64,000 bases of DNA from an uncultured Acidimicrobiaceae bacterium (GCA_963805665.1 CAWDVF010000011.1:393966-457965); one strand, 5' to 3'; positions 13,347 through 27,271 are shown, numbered from the stretch's first letter. Notes: generated by a model not told the origin, from the letters alone. Made by a program: numbers and translations.

Positions 13347-13989
13347 GCCGGGCGCTTCGCCTGCGCCGCCCGGCCCTGCGCGCAAGGCCTTCCGGGCGGG
13401 GCCGCACGTAGCTGCCCGCCGCGATCCACGCCAAGCGTCAGGCCGGTGATGCCGGTGACCCAGGCGATCACCTTGATCGGCTGCCTGCCAGCCGCGCGTC
13501 GCCGTAGGCGAGGAGGAAGGTCGGATAGGCGAACATCAGACCGAATGTGCCCGCCTTGCCCACCCACAACACATCGATGCGCGGCCGCGCCGAGCGACGG
13601 CCAGCAGGACGACCATGACCGAGACCAGGACCTCGCGGACGATGGTGGCGATGCCGAACCACAGCGGCACCGCGCCGTAGACCATGACCGAGATCACCGC
13701 CGTGCCGACCAGGATCCGGTCGGCGATCGGGTCGAGCACCTTGCCGAGCGTCGAGACCTGGTGGTAGCGGCGGGCCACGAAGCCGTCCACCCAGTCGGTC
13801 GCGCCGAGGACGGCCAGCAAGATGGCGGCCGCCGTCTGCTCGTGCTAGGCCGAAGAGCAGCCACAGGAACAGCGGGATGCACAGGAGGCGCACCAGGGTG
13901 ATCACGTTCGGGACGGTGAGGATGCGGTCCAGACCCTCCTCCTCGGCCTCCTCGGCTGCCGTCACGTCCAGGCCGGTCGCCCGGGTCAT
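13343..13989 (-). CDS. pgsA: CDP-alcohol phosphatidyltransferase (PgsA-like); several frame switches
   Basis: ILTVPNVITLVRLLCIPLFLWLLF, then ATDWVDGFVARRYHQVSTLGKVLDPIADRILV (the D-G-x2-A-R ... D-x3-D motif, ORF 13536..13820), then KAGTFGLMFAYPTFLL. The proposed stop overlaps the downstream ATG (ATGA at 13343-13346). Boundaries are approximate. Confidence 0.7.
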
Positions 13990-14133
13990 TGGCGCGTCCG
14001 CGGGCGTGGTCGTCGGCCGGGTCCCGGGCGGGCGGTACACGCTCCAGGTCGTCCACGTTCTCCACGTCGGCCACACAGCGAGTCTACGGAAGCCCCTGCG
14101 CCCGCCCGGGCCCCTGTGTGCCAGAGTGGCGCA

Positions 14134-15342
14134 ATGCCTCGATTCGAACCGTTCCGCGGTCTGCGGTACCAGCCCGACATGGCGCCCCTCGCCCAGGTCA
14201 TCGCCCCGCCCTACGACGTGATCTCGTCGGCCGAGCGGGTCCACCTGGCCTCGCGGCACCCGGCCAACGCCGTCCTCGTCGAGCTGCCCGAGGCCGACCT
14301 CCACGGTGGGCGCGACCGCTACGCCGTGGCGACCGACCTCTTCTACCGCTGGCATCAACGAGGGCATCTTGGAGGCCGACCCGCAGCCGAGCCTGTACCC
14401 CTACCGGATGACCGACACGTCCGGGCGCACCACGACCGGCGTCATCGGGCTGCTCGGACTGGCCGATCCGGGCCAGGAGAGCGACATCCTCCCCCACGAG
14501 CAGACGCTGCCCAAGCCCAAGAGCGACCGCCTCGACCTGCTGCGCGCCACCAGGGCCAACCTCTCGCCCATCTGGGGACTGTCGATGGCCGACGGCGTGA
14601 CGGCCACCTTCGACCCGACCGACGACGAGCCGATCGGTCGACGCCTACGACGACGACGGCGTGCGCCACCAGCTCTGGGTGCTGAGCGACCCCGACACCA
14701 TCGAGGCGGTCAGCGCCGCCATCGCCCGACGCGCCGGTGGTCCTGGCCGACGGGCACCACCGCTACTCGACGGCGCAGACGTACCAGGCGGAGGCCCGCC
14801 AGGCCAACGGCGACGCGCCGGGCCCGCACGACTTCGTGCTGGCGCTCGTGGTGGAGCTCTCCGAGGACCAGCTGACGGTCGGCGCCATCCACCGCACGGT
14901 GAGCGGGCTCCCGGCCGACTTCGACCTCATCGCAGCGCTCGGCCAATGGTTCGACGTCGTGCGCGCCGGGGCCGCCGACGACCGCACCCTCTCCGCGCTG
15001 TCCGAGTCCAGCTCGCTGGCCCTCGTGACCGGCGGGCAGGCCCACCTGCTCCTCCCCCACGCCGACGTGCTGGAACAGGACGGCAACGACCTCGACTCCA
15101 ACCTGATCGCCATGGTGCTGGCCCAGCTGCCCCCGCACGAGGTCATGCACCGCCACAGCGTGGCCGAGGCGCTCGAGGCGCTCGAACAGGGCGACGGGCA
15201 GGCGGCGTTCCTGCTGCGGCCGGTGACGGTCAAGCAGATCGAGAACTGGGCCAACGACCGCCGCCGGATGCCGCCCAAGACCACGTACTTCAGCCCCAAG
15301 CCGAGGACCGGGATGGTGTTCCGCTCCCTGGACATCTCCTGA
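14134..15342 (+). CDS. DUF1015 family protein; about 3 frame switches
   Basis: MPRFEPFRGLRYQPDMAPLAQVIAPPYDVISSAER..., LPHEQTLPKPKSDRLDLLRATRANLSPIWGL, VLADGHHRYSTAQTY and MPPKTTYFSPKPRTGMVF are spread over four track ORFs (14116, 14306, 14661 and 14737). Confidence 0.8.
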
Positions 15343-15843
15343 GTGGCACCGGACGGCCCGCGGACGATGCACGGCGAGGTCACGGTGCACATGGCGGCCC
15401 CGCCCGAGGCCGTGTGGGGCCTGGTCAGCGACGTCACCCGCATCGGCAGCTACAGCCCCGAGACCTACGAGGCCAAGTGGGAGCGAGGGCGCCGCCGGTC
15501 CCGCCGTGGGCGCAAAATTCCGCGGCCACGTGAAGCGCAACGGGTGGTGGCCGGTCCACTACTGGACGAGCTGCACCGTGTCCGCCTGCGAACCGGGCAA
15601 GACCTTCGAGTTCGGTGTGGGCAACGACCCGTCGAAGCCGCTCAACGTGTGGCGCTACGACATCGCGCGTCCGGCGACGGCTGCGACGTCACCGAGTCCT
15701 TCACCCTCACCCCCACCCGGGGGCTCCGCCTCTACTGGACGCTGATGGGCTGGAGCCGCGGCAAGACGAACCGCGACGGGATGCGCGCCACGCTCGAGCG
15801 CGTCCGGGCCGAGGTCGAGTCACCGCGAGCACCGACGGCGTAG
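15343..15843 (+). CDS. SRPBCC-family (polyketide cyclase/START-like) protein; two compensating frame switches
   Basis: The GTG start abuts the upstream stop. HGEVTVHMAAPPEAVWGLVSDVTRIGSYSPETYEAKWE. The middle part GAKFRGHVKRNGWWPVHYWTSCTVSACEPGKTFEFGV is in ORF 15506..15745. The tail CDVTESFTLTP...RATLERVRAEVE returns to the first frame. Confidence 0.65.
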   Translation: MAPDGPRTMHGEVTVHMAAPPEAVWGLVSDVTRIGSYSPETYEAKWERGRRRSRRGRKIPRPREAQRVVAGPLLDELHRVRLRTGQDLRVRCGQRPVEAAQRVALRHRASGDGCDVTESFTLTPTRGLRLYWTLMGWSRGKTNRDGMRATLERVRAEVESPRAPTA

Positions 15844-15984
15844 AACCCTGTCGACGTAGGGGCGCTTGGAGTCTTCGTCCCGCGTCCGCGACGCACGTTC
15901 ATTGCGTTCTCACGCGAAGCGCTCGCCATTTCTGCCTCGACATGTTTTCATAACGACTCCAACGCGACGCCTGAGGAGGTGCAC

Positions 15985-16065
15985 ATGAAGTTCGACTCGA
16001 CCAACGGTCAGAAGCAGATGCTGTGCGCCTCCGCCGCCGCGGATCTTCACGCTCTGCTGGGCTGA
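15985..16065 (+). CDS. Possible 26-aa small ORF (MKFDSTNGQKQMLCASAAADLHALLG)
   Basis: Below the track threshold. The ATG is preceded by a strong Shine-Dalgarno (cctGAGGAGGtgcacATG). No homology recognised. Confidence 0.2.
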   Translation: MKFDSTNGQKQMLCASAAADLHALLG

Positions 16066-16196
16066 CCGGCATCGAGCTCTCGGGCGAGCGCTGACTGCGC
16101 CGCCCCGAACACCCTCTCTGGGCTTCCGGCGCACGCCGTCGGGACCCTGTCACACCCTTCCTTCATGCTTTTCTTTCGTCCTCAAGGAGTACCCCC

Positions 16197-16397
16197 ATGC
16201 ACCCCGACTTGTTACGGGCCCTCGCCGAGGCCAGACACCACGACCTCCTCGACGAACGCCGCACCCCACGGCCACCAAGAATCCGACGTGATGAGCACTT
16301 CCCTCGCACCCGCCAGCGCGTGGGTTCGCTGCTCATCGGGGCAGGCGCACGCCTGATGGGTGATCGTCAGGCCGCGCTCGAGCTGGCCAATGAATAG
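16197..16397 (+). CDS. Small hypothetical protein (66 aa)
   Basis: Intact ORF with SD (caAGGAGtacccccATG): MHPDLLRALAEARHHDLLDERR...RQRVGSLLIGAGARLMG. Resembles small conserved actinobacterial proteins of unknown function. Confidence 0.4.
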   Translation: MHPDLLRALAEARHHDLLDERRTPRPPRIRRDEHFPRTRQRVGSLLIGAGARLMGDRQAALELANE

Positions 16398-16418
16398 AGC
16401 GGTCGTCTTTCGTCGGGG

Positions 16419-19222
16419 TCAGCCGCCGAGCCCCGCCGTGGTCGAGCTCGGCGCGTAGTCCACCGTGCCCGCGAAGGAAACCGCGTAGCCGCCTGCCTTC
16501 TGCAGGGCGGCCAGCTTCGACGCCGTGGACGCCGCGCAGGTCGCAGTGCCGTCGCTTGCCGTCTTCACGCTGCACAGGATCGTCGAACCCGCCTTGAACA
16601 CGAGCGACGTGCCGGCCACGTCGGCACCGGTGACCGAGGAAGTCAGCGTGGCGTGCATCGTGGCGGTCCCTGCCGCCAGCACCGCGGGTGGGGCACCGAT
16701 GGCGGTGGCGGCCCGAGCGACGGCAACCGTGACGCTTCCATTGCTCGCGTCGAAGGCCCCCGTGCCCGAATAGTGGGCCTCGACGGTATGGCTGCCGGCG
16801 GCCAGGGTGACGGCCAACTGGGCCACTCCGCCGCTGACCGCCACCGGACTCCCGAGCTGCACTCCGTTCAGCGTGAAGCGGACCGTTCCCCCCACCGGTG
16901 CCGGTTGCACCGTGGCGGTCAAGGTCACCGACTGGCCGTAGGAGACGTGGCCGGTGCGATCCCTGGAGCGATGTATGGGTCACTGGCCCGCGTGTAGGTG
17001 TACGCGCTGGCCCTCGAACCGGTTCCGCCGTTGGTGGTGACCGAGACGGCGACGGCGCCCGTGCTCGCCGACGGCGGCGTCGCCACCGTCATCTGCGTCC
17101 CCGCCACGTTCACCATTTCCACCGTGGCGTTGGAAGTCCCGAAGGCGGCCGCGATCTGGCCGCCGAGGAACCCGGTCCCGGTGATCGTCACCGTGGTACC
17201 CCCGCCGGCGCTGCCGGACGTCGGCGACACGCTCGAGATGACCGGAACCGGAAGGTACTCGTACCGGTCGGCGGTGGTGTGGGTGCTCGTCCCGAACGGC
17301 GTGACGACCGTGATGTCGACGGTCGAGGGCAGCGGGCCCGTGCCCGCAGGTGCGACGGCGGTGAGTTGGGTGCCGGCGGCGTTGACGGTGACCCCGCTGG
17401 CCGGCGCCGTTCCGAAGAGGACCTGCGACGCGCCCTGCAGGCTCGATCCGAGCACCGTGACGGTGTTCCCTCCGCCCGCGGGGCCGCTCGCCGGCGATAC
17501 GGCCGTGACGTTCGGCGGTCCCACCAGTACGAACGGGTTGGAGGCCACCTGAGCGCGCGCTGTCTGACCGTCGTTTGCACCGAGACGGTGTAGGTACCGG
17601 GCGCGTCGGGTTGATCACGCCGTCGAGTCGTGACTGCGACGGTGTCGCCGTCGCCGATGGCGTTCGAACCGTCAGGACGTCGCACGTCAGAACCGCTCGA
17701 CTGCGACGATCGGCGCAGCCGCCCATCGGCTCGCCGTTCGTGACATCGGTGACCGACGTCGTTCCCGTGAGCGAATTGAGGCTCGTCGCCACTCGGGAAC
17801 ACGACGCAGATCATGTCACCCGGCGCCCGACGCCATGGCGCCCGTCGAGGACGCGGCAAAGGAGACGGTGTAGTTCGACGCGGCGTTCACCGTACGCGAA
17901 TCGGTCAGGGTGACGGTGACGGCGGACACTGTCTGGGCGGCCGTGATCGCGTACAGGTGTTCGATGCTCACGACCGCGCCGCGTCGTCAGGGGTCGTCTC
18001 GACCCCAACGGTGTCTGCGGCGTTCGCCGTGGACGGGTTGACCACGCCATCGAGCGTGACCGACACGGCGTCTCCGGCCGCGACCGACGCCCCAGCCTGG
18101 TCGATGGCGCAGGTCACGATCGCCGTTCGAGGAGCTACTGCAATGCCCGACGAGTTCGCTGCTCGTCGTGTCCGTGACAACGCCCGACAGGCTGTTCAGT
18201 CCGCTCCCGGATGGGAAGGCGAGGGTGACCGCGTCGCCGGCCCCTGCGGTCATGGCACCACTCGAGGAGGTGAGGAAGGTCACCGTGTAGTTGGATCCCG
18301 CATTGGTGACCGGGCTCGTCTGGGTCGCCGTCACGGCCGAGACCGCCTGGGGTGCGACGATGCTGTACGTGTTCGATGCCACGAGTGCGGCGTTGTCCGT
18401 GCTGGTCTCGACGCCCACGGTGTCATCGCTGCTGGCCATGGCTGGATTGCCGACCCCTTGGATCGACAGCGTGACCAACGCATCGGACGCAATTGCCTGA
18501 GTCGTGGAGCAAGGAAGATTTGACGACTCCGCATCACAGAAGCCCACACGCTGGTCCGAAACGGTGAGGTTCGCGCCCGTGAGCCGCTGGAGCCCGGTAC
18601 CACTCGGGAAGTCAAAGACGACGGAGCTGTCACTTGGCATCGCCCCGGTAGAGGAAGTCATGAACGAAACGGTGTAATTGGAGACTGCTCCGACCGTTGG
18701 GTTCGTCTGCGTCACCGTGACCCCGGACACCGCCTGTGCGGCCGTGATGGCAAAGGGGTTCGAAGCCACCGCTCCCCCGTTGTCAGCCGTCGTCTCCACG
18801 CTCACCGTGTTGCCCGTGCTGGGCGCCGACGGGTTGTTCTCCCTCAACACCAGGGAGACCGTCGACGTTGGCGCCGATGTTCCCGTTCACCGTACAGCTG
18901 TAGCTGGATGCGGATTCGAGGCTGCACTTGCCGACTGATTGGCCACCGAGGGTCAATGGCCCCCCCGCCGTGAGAAGGTTGGCAACTGAGCCGGAAACGT
19001 GACCGTGACCCCGTTTCCGGCGCTACCGGACATCGCCCCGCTCGATGACGTCGTAAAGGTCACCGTGTAGTCGACGACCGCGTTGGTGGCCGAGCTCGTC
19101 TGGGTCACCGTGACGCCGGAGACTTTGGAACCCCCCGTCGCTCCGGACGGGGACCCGGCGACCACGGTGACACCGATCACCAGCAGGCCCGTCGTCATGA
19201 GCGCGCCTACGGCGTGCCACAT
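16419..19222 (-). CDS. Large secreted surface/adhesin-like protein: signal-anchor, about four ~125-aa tandem modules, two IPT/TIG-like domains, C-terminal bacterial Ig-like domain; several frame switches
   Basis: Joined from ORFs 18953..19333 (MWHAVGALMTTGLLVIGVTVVAGS...), 17987..18850, fragments in 17188..17859 and 16980..17792, 16925..17548 (PNVTAVSPASGPAGGGNTVTVLGSSL... and ISSVSPTSGSAGGGTTVTITGTGF...), and 16419..16928 (TLTATVQPAPVGGTVRFTLNGVQLG...HTVEAHYSGTGAFDASNG). The start codon is uncertain (19222 or 19333). Confidence 0.65.
17550..19200 (-). repeat. Coding tandem repeat, period roughly 390-400 bp (~125-aa modules)
   Basis: The recurrent motif AVSGVTVTQT..(T/S)NA...YTV(T/S)F.TSS(S/T)GAM...FP.G.GL...VG.C......C...VET..DN......N is seen four times: SSATNAVVDYTVTFTTSSSGAM, NPTVGAVSNYTVSFMTSSTGAM, SPVTNAGSNYTVTFLTSSSGAM and RTVNAASNYTVSFAASSTGAM. 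Confidence 0.7.
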
Positions 19223-19440
19223 CCACCCTTGCTTTCTCCGACCGCGCCCCGAATCGGTCCTCGCCGCTCCATGCACCGCCTGGCCCACGACATCCGCCTT
19301 CCGCTCGCTCCGCGCCGCGAGCTTGCCCATCAATGGCGACAGCCGACCGCCGGCCCGCCTCCAGTCCCTACGGGACCGGACGAGCGTATTCCACGCTGGT
19401 GGCGAAACGGCCGTGCGGCCGCCCTCCTACGCAGGTGGGG

Positions 19441-20523
19441 TCAGTCGACCGTCCAGCTCGAGCCGGACCGGAGCAGGGACGCCCAGGTCGCCCAGGCCCC
19501 GCTTGGCCTGGGCATCGGTGATCTGCTCGGCCATCTGGGTGCCGTACTCGGGCCGCTCGACGGCGCGGAACACGCCGATCGGCGTCGGCTCGTACGGGCC
19601 CGCGCGCCAGGCGCGACAGACGGAAGGCCAGGCCGGGGTCGGCGCGCGCCTCGTCGTGCACCAGGACCGCGTCGAGCCCGACGTCGGCCACCGACGACGA
19701 CCTCGAGCTTCCCGTCGGGGCGCTGGACGACGCCGCGCTCCTCGCCCTCGGGCCCGAAGACGATCGGCTCGCCGTGGCGCAGCGGGATGAGCATGCTCGA
19801 GCGGACGTCCTTGGCGGTGATCTTCTCGAAGGCGCCGTCGTTGAACACGTTGCAGTTCTGCAGGACCTCGACGAACGCGGCGCCCTGGTGCTCGTGGGCC
19901 CGGCGGAACGTCTCCTGCATGTGCTCGCGGTCCATGTCGTGGGTGCGGGCCACGAACGTCGCCTCGGCCCCGAGGGCCAGCGAGACCGGGTTGAACGGCG
20001 TGTCGACCGAGCCGAACGGCGTCGACTTGGTGACCTTGCCCACCTCGGAGGTCGGCGAGTACTGGCCCTTGGTCAGCCCGTAGATCTGGTTGTTGAACAT
20101 GCAGGATGGTCAGGTCGCACGTTGCGGCGCAGCGCGTGGATCAGGTGGTTGCCGCCGATCGACAGCGCGTCGCCGTCGCCGGTGATGACCCAGACGTCGA
20201 GGTCGGGCCGGGTCGTGGCCAGCCCGGTGGCGATGGCCGGGGCCCGGCCGTGGATGGAGTGCATGCCGTAGGTGTTCATGTAGTACGGGAAGCGGGCGGC
20301 GCAGCCGATGCCCGAGACGAACACGGTGTTCTCCCGGCGCACGCCGAGGTCGGGCATGAGCATCTGGACGGCGGCGAGGATGGAGTAGTCGCCGCAGCCC
20401 GGGCACCAGCGCACCTCCTGGTCGCTGCTCCAGTCCTTGCGGGTGGTGACGGGGACGGCGCTGACAGTCGGTCACCGCCGTCGGCCGATCCGTTGGAACC
20501 GTTGGCCGATCCGTTGGACTCGC

Positions 20524-20527
<4 letters not shown>
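19441..20527 (-). CDS. korB: 2-oxoglutarate/2-oxoacid:ferredoxin oxidoreductase beta subunit; 2-3 frame switches
   Basis: [23 protein letters not shown]...[32 protein letters not shown]...[23 protein letters not shown] (ORF 20073..20414), then [30 protein letters not shown]...FVARTH (ORF 19441..20100). The ATG at 20527 overlaps the korA stop (ATGA). The N-terminus carries a GS/N-rich extension, [18 protein letters not shown]. Confidence 0.85.
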
Positions 20528-22418
<1,891 letters not shown>

Positions 22419-22665
22419 GGGCTGCCTCGTCTCATTGTCTGGACGCGGAGAGGCCTGGCTCACTGCGGCGGGCCACATCGCACCCCCGCCGGCACGGCGC
22501 GCGGCACTCTCCGTCCGAATTTGCACGTTCGACGCATCCTAATCCCGACCTGCGGGACCCGCCTTGCCACCCTGATCGGTGCCGGTGGTCCGCCGAGCCC
22601 GACCTCCGGACCGATTCCGGCGGCACCGGCGAGGCCGTCCCCGTCAGGGGCTGCGCCGCCAGGCG

Positions 22666-23727
<1,062 letters not shown>

Positions 23728-24007
23728 GGCGAGCCAGCCTACCGGAGGGGGGTCGAGGCCCTCGGCTGGTGGTGCGGGTGGTGCGGGTGGTGCGGGTGCG
23801 GCGTGGCGTCACCGTCCGCTGACGCGGTTCATCCGGCGCACACCGAGTGGTTGCGGTGGTCGGCGGCGGCGACGGCTGCCGGCGGGGCGGGGCGTCACGG
23901 GCAAGAAACTCCCACCCCTGACGCATGTGTCCGTGATCCGCGCCATACGCTGGGGGACGGGTTTGGGGGTGCGAGGCAACATCGTTTGCATCGAGCGGAG
24001 GCGGCTA

Positions 24008-25327
24008 ATGAGTGGAGTGCACGAGTCCCAGGGGGGGCCGAACACTCCGAACGCGCCCGCTGATGCTCGTCGCCGGCGCCGTCGTCCTCATCATCGTGGC
24101 CGTCGTCGTCTTCAGCACCCAATCGTCGTCGCCGCCGTCGCATCCCCACGGCTCGGCCTCTTCCTCGCGGTCAGTCCGGGTCGAGCGGCTCGGCCAGCGC
24201 ATCGCTGACGGGGATTCTTCGTCAAGTCCTCGACACCGGCGACCGGCGCGCAGAACGTCGCCTCGAACACGGCGATCTCGGTGACGTTCTCGAAGCCGGT
24301 CTCGCTGGGCAAGGTCACGCCGCATCTCGAGCCCGTCCGTCGCCGGCACGTGGGTGCAGCTCGGGCACCACCACGCTCACCTACGAGCTCGACTTCGCCG
24401 CTCATCCCTTCCTCCCACGAGGTGCTCACGATCCCCGGAGGCTCCTCCGGCGTGCGCGGGCACGAACGGCGCCAAGCTGTCGTCGTCGACCATCGGTCAC
24501 GTTCAGCGTCGTGGCCGGCGACACGCTGCGCCTGCAGCAGCTCCTGGCCCAGCTCAACTTCCTGCCCCTGGCCTTCACGCCGACCGGCCCGGCGCCGAGC
24601 CAAGGCCGACCTGGCCATCGACCAGGCCGGCACGTTCTCCTGGCGCTGGCCCAACATGCCCGCCGAGCTCACCTCGCAGTGGACCCAGGGCGCCGAGAAC
24701 ATGATCAGCAAGGCGGCGGTCGAGGCCTTCGAGACCCAGAACGGGATCGGCGTCGACGGGCTCGCCGGGTCCGGCCGTGTGGACCGCGCTGATCAACGAC
24801 ACCATCAACGCGAAGACGGACGCGACGCCGTACGTCTACGTCCTCGTCAACAAGGCGCTGCCCCAGAACCTGACGCTGTGGAACAACGGAACCGCCCAGT
24901 ACGCGGGCATCCCGGTGAACACGGGCGCTCCCGGCGCCGACACCGTCGACGGGACCTACGCCGTCTTCGAGCACGTGCGCTTCTCGGAGATGAAGGGGAC
25001 CAACCCCGACGGCTCCACCTACGACGACCCCAACGTCCCCTACGCCAGCTACTTCAACGGCGGCGACGCGCTGCACGGGTTCATCCGCTCCTCGTACGGC
25101 TCGCCGCAGAGCAACGGCTGCGTCGAGATGACCTACGCCAACGCCGCCCTGGTCTGGCCGCTCACCCCGATCGGGACCCTGGTCACCGTGATCGGGCCCG
25201 ACTACGGGACCGCTCCCCCGGCGACGACGACCACCACGACGGCAGCGCCACCGCCGACCACCACGACCGCGCCGCCGGCCACGACGACGACCGCTCCGCC
25301 GGCGACCACGGTCGTCCGGGGCCGTAA
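24008..25327 (+). CDS. L,D-transpeptidase (YkuD domain) with N-terminal TM anchor, Ig-like/PG-binding region and Pro/Thr-rich tail; about 5 frame switches
   Basis: TM segment LMLVAGAVVLIIVAVVVF (ORF 24012). Then TFSKPVSLGKVTPHLEP, AVEAFETQNGIGVDGLAG and the catalytic block YVYVLVNKALPQNLTLW...HGFIRSSYGSPQSNGCVEMTYANAALVW (ORF 24777..25823), then APPATTTTTTAAPPPTTTTAPPATTTTAPPATT. Start and stop are approximate. Confidence 0.75.
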
Positions 25328-27079
25328 TCGGCGCTTTAGGCGGGTCGCCTTCTTGGCGGGGCGCTTCGGCCCCGAGCGGCGTTGCGGGCCGAGGCTGCGC
25401 AGGCGGTCACTCACGTCGTACGCCTGGGGATCGGCGTGGCGCACCCGCTCGAAGTACTCGCGTGCCCGCGGGATGTCGCCGGCCCGCTCGTACAGGTCGG
25501 CCAGCACGTACCACTGGCGCAGGTGCCGGTCGGCGGGATTGCGCAGCATCTTGGAGGCGCCGGCCGTCGCCAGCATGGAGATGGCGCCGTTGAGGTCGCC
25601 CGTCTCGGCCAGCGACGACGCCGCCACGATGCGACCTTCCGCGAGCACGTCGGGATCCGGCGAGCTCTGCCGGAGCTCGGTCCACAGCTCGGCGACCTTC
25701 TTCGGCTTGCGCGAGCGCGCGCTGGCAGTCCATCAGCTCGGGGAGGTGCGTCGGCCGAGTCGCTCAGAGTTGCCGAACGCGGTGAGGTGGCGCGCCGCCT
25801 CGCGCCAGCGACCGCTGCGGTAGGCCGCCAGTCCCGCCAACTCCCGGACCGCCGCGACGCCCGGGGCCTCGTCGACCACCGGCTTGATGGCCCGCAGCGC
25901 ATCTTGGTACCGGCCCCGCTCGTACCCGCCGAAGGCCGCCTCGGCCTTCTCGACCAGCCGCTCCCGGTGCGCCTGGGTGGCGATGTCGGCCGCGTTGCGG
26001 ATTTCGGTTGCGACGTCGGGTGGCAGGGCGGACCGGCCGTCGGCGGCCGCGCCGGCGCCGGCGCCGGCGAGTGCCGCCAGGGCGCGTGCGGTGGACGAGG
26101 CGGTCGTGGACCCGCACTGGCTTCGTGCGTGACGTCGCCGCGGAACCCTCGGCTCTGGGGGCGGCCGCGTTCCTCTTGGTTCGCTTCTTGGGTGGGGTGT
26201 CCGCCCACTCGTCACGACCGTCGTCCCGGCTCCAGGCGTCCTTGCGCGGTTTCGGCCGCGCACTCCCCCGCCGCTCCGGTTGCTCCCGGCGCTCACCCGG
26301 CTCGCCGCCGGTCCTCGTGACCTCGCGTGCGCCGCGGCGCGCCACGTTGCCCCATTGCCTGGCCTGACTCGGGAGCGGCTGGCGGGGATCCTCGAAGTCG
26401 CTGCTGCGGGGTGGCCGCTCTGGGCCGCCGGTACGAGAGGCCGGACGGCGTGGACCGCCGGTCGCGGGCCGGCGGTCGCGGCCGCGGTCTTCGCCGCCGC
26501 GGTCGTTGCGGTCGTCGCGGGGCCTTCGGGCTGCCTGACCCGTCGGCCGCGGTGATCGTCGTGCATCCGAGGGGCCGCCTGCCCGTGGGTTGCCGGTGGT
26601 TCTGCTCGAGGCAGTTCGAGGCGGTCTGGGCGACTTTCGTCGTTGTCGCGGCGCGGCGCCCGGGTCGGCCGGGCTCCCGTCGAGGGCTCTCGGGTCCGGC
26701 TCCCCGGTGGGCCCGGACGCCGGCTCGTCGTGGATCCGCGCTCGCCGCGCTCGCCGCGTTCGCGGCCCTCACTGCTTCGTTGTCCGCTTCCGCTGCGGGC
26801 GGTGCTGGGCCTCCCCGACCTTGACGACGTGGCACCTGAACGGCCAGAGCTTTGGCCGCTGCGCCCGCCCGTTCGGCCGCCGGTTGATGCGCTGGAGGCG
26901 CCGGTTCGGCTCGATCCGCTCGAGCGACCGGTGCCGCTCCGCGCTCCTCCACTGGTGGGACGACCTGAGCCGCCGGAACGGCCGGCCCCGGTCGGGCGGC
27001 CGGTCTTGCCAGGACGCGCCGGTCGGCTCGCACCCGTTGACGGGGCGCGACGATTCGGCCGAGGTGAGTCCGGAGGCAT
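25202..27079 (-). CDS. Hypothetical protein: long Arg/Gly/Ser-rich disordered N-terminal half plus TPR-like C-terminal domain; frame switches, 3' end undefined
   Basis: ORF 25733..27079 has GRSGGSGRPTSGGARSGTGRSSGSSRTG..., then VATEIRNAADIATQAHRERLVEKAEAAFGGYERGRYQDALRAIKPVV...AAYRSGRWREAARHL. It continues in ORF 25202..25648 (LAEGRIVAASSLAETGDLNGAISML...WYVLADLYERAGDIPRAREYFERVRHADPQAYDV). No credible stop appears before it runs antisense into the Pro/Thr tail of the convergent gene. Confidence 0.45.
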
Positions 27080-27222
27080 CGATTGATTCTACGTTGCGCC
27101 TTGTTTCCCCGACGTCAGTTTTCCGCAGCTCGATCGCCGTCGAACATGACGGGGGCTTCGCCTCGTCGACGCATTTCCCAAAGGCGAAAAGCCTCGAAAC
27201 TCCAAAGACTTGGTCAGTAAAC

Positions 27223-27263
27223 GACGAAGTCCCCTCGAGCCGGAGCTCAGAGGGGACTTCGTC
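27223..27263 (-). terminator. Stem-loop immediately downstream of 5S rRNA (candidate rrn terminator)
   Basis: The plus strand reads gacgaagtcccctc-gagccggagctca-gaggggacttcgtc, a 14-bp perfect stem that begins 9 nt after the 5S end. Only a weak U tract follows on the transcribed strand. Confidence 0.5.
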
Positions 27264-27271
27264 AATGAGAA

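Noticed and set aside
14135-14155. tRNA T-loop-like strings: cgattcgaacc at about 14141, and gggattcgac at about 32903 in the spacer.
   Set aside because: No acceptor or anticodon stems can be drawn. The first lies inside the DUF1015 coding sequence and the second lacks a pairing T-stem. No tRNA is supported anywhere in the window.
17550-19200. Regularly spaced ~390-bp repeats considered as a CRISPR-like or satellite array.
   Set aside because: The period is far too long, and the units are diverged and continuous coding sequence for protein domains. There are no short direct repeats with unique spacers.
23768-23803. 9-bp tandem repeat (ggtggtgcg x3 plus a degenerate copy) upstream of fbaB, and the similar ccgttgg repeats at 20491-20520 in the korB 5' end.
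   Set aside because: These are short, low-copy G-rich microsatellites of the kind common in high-G+C genomes. No associated structure or motif was seen. They are noted only as possible slippage-prone sites.
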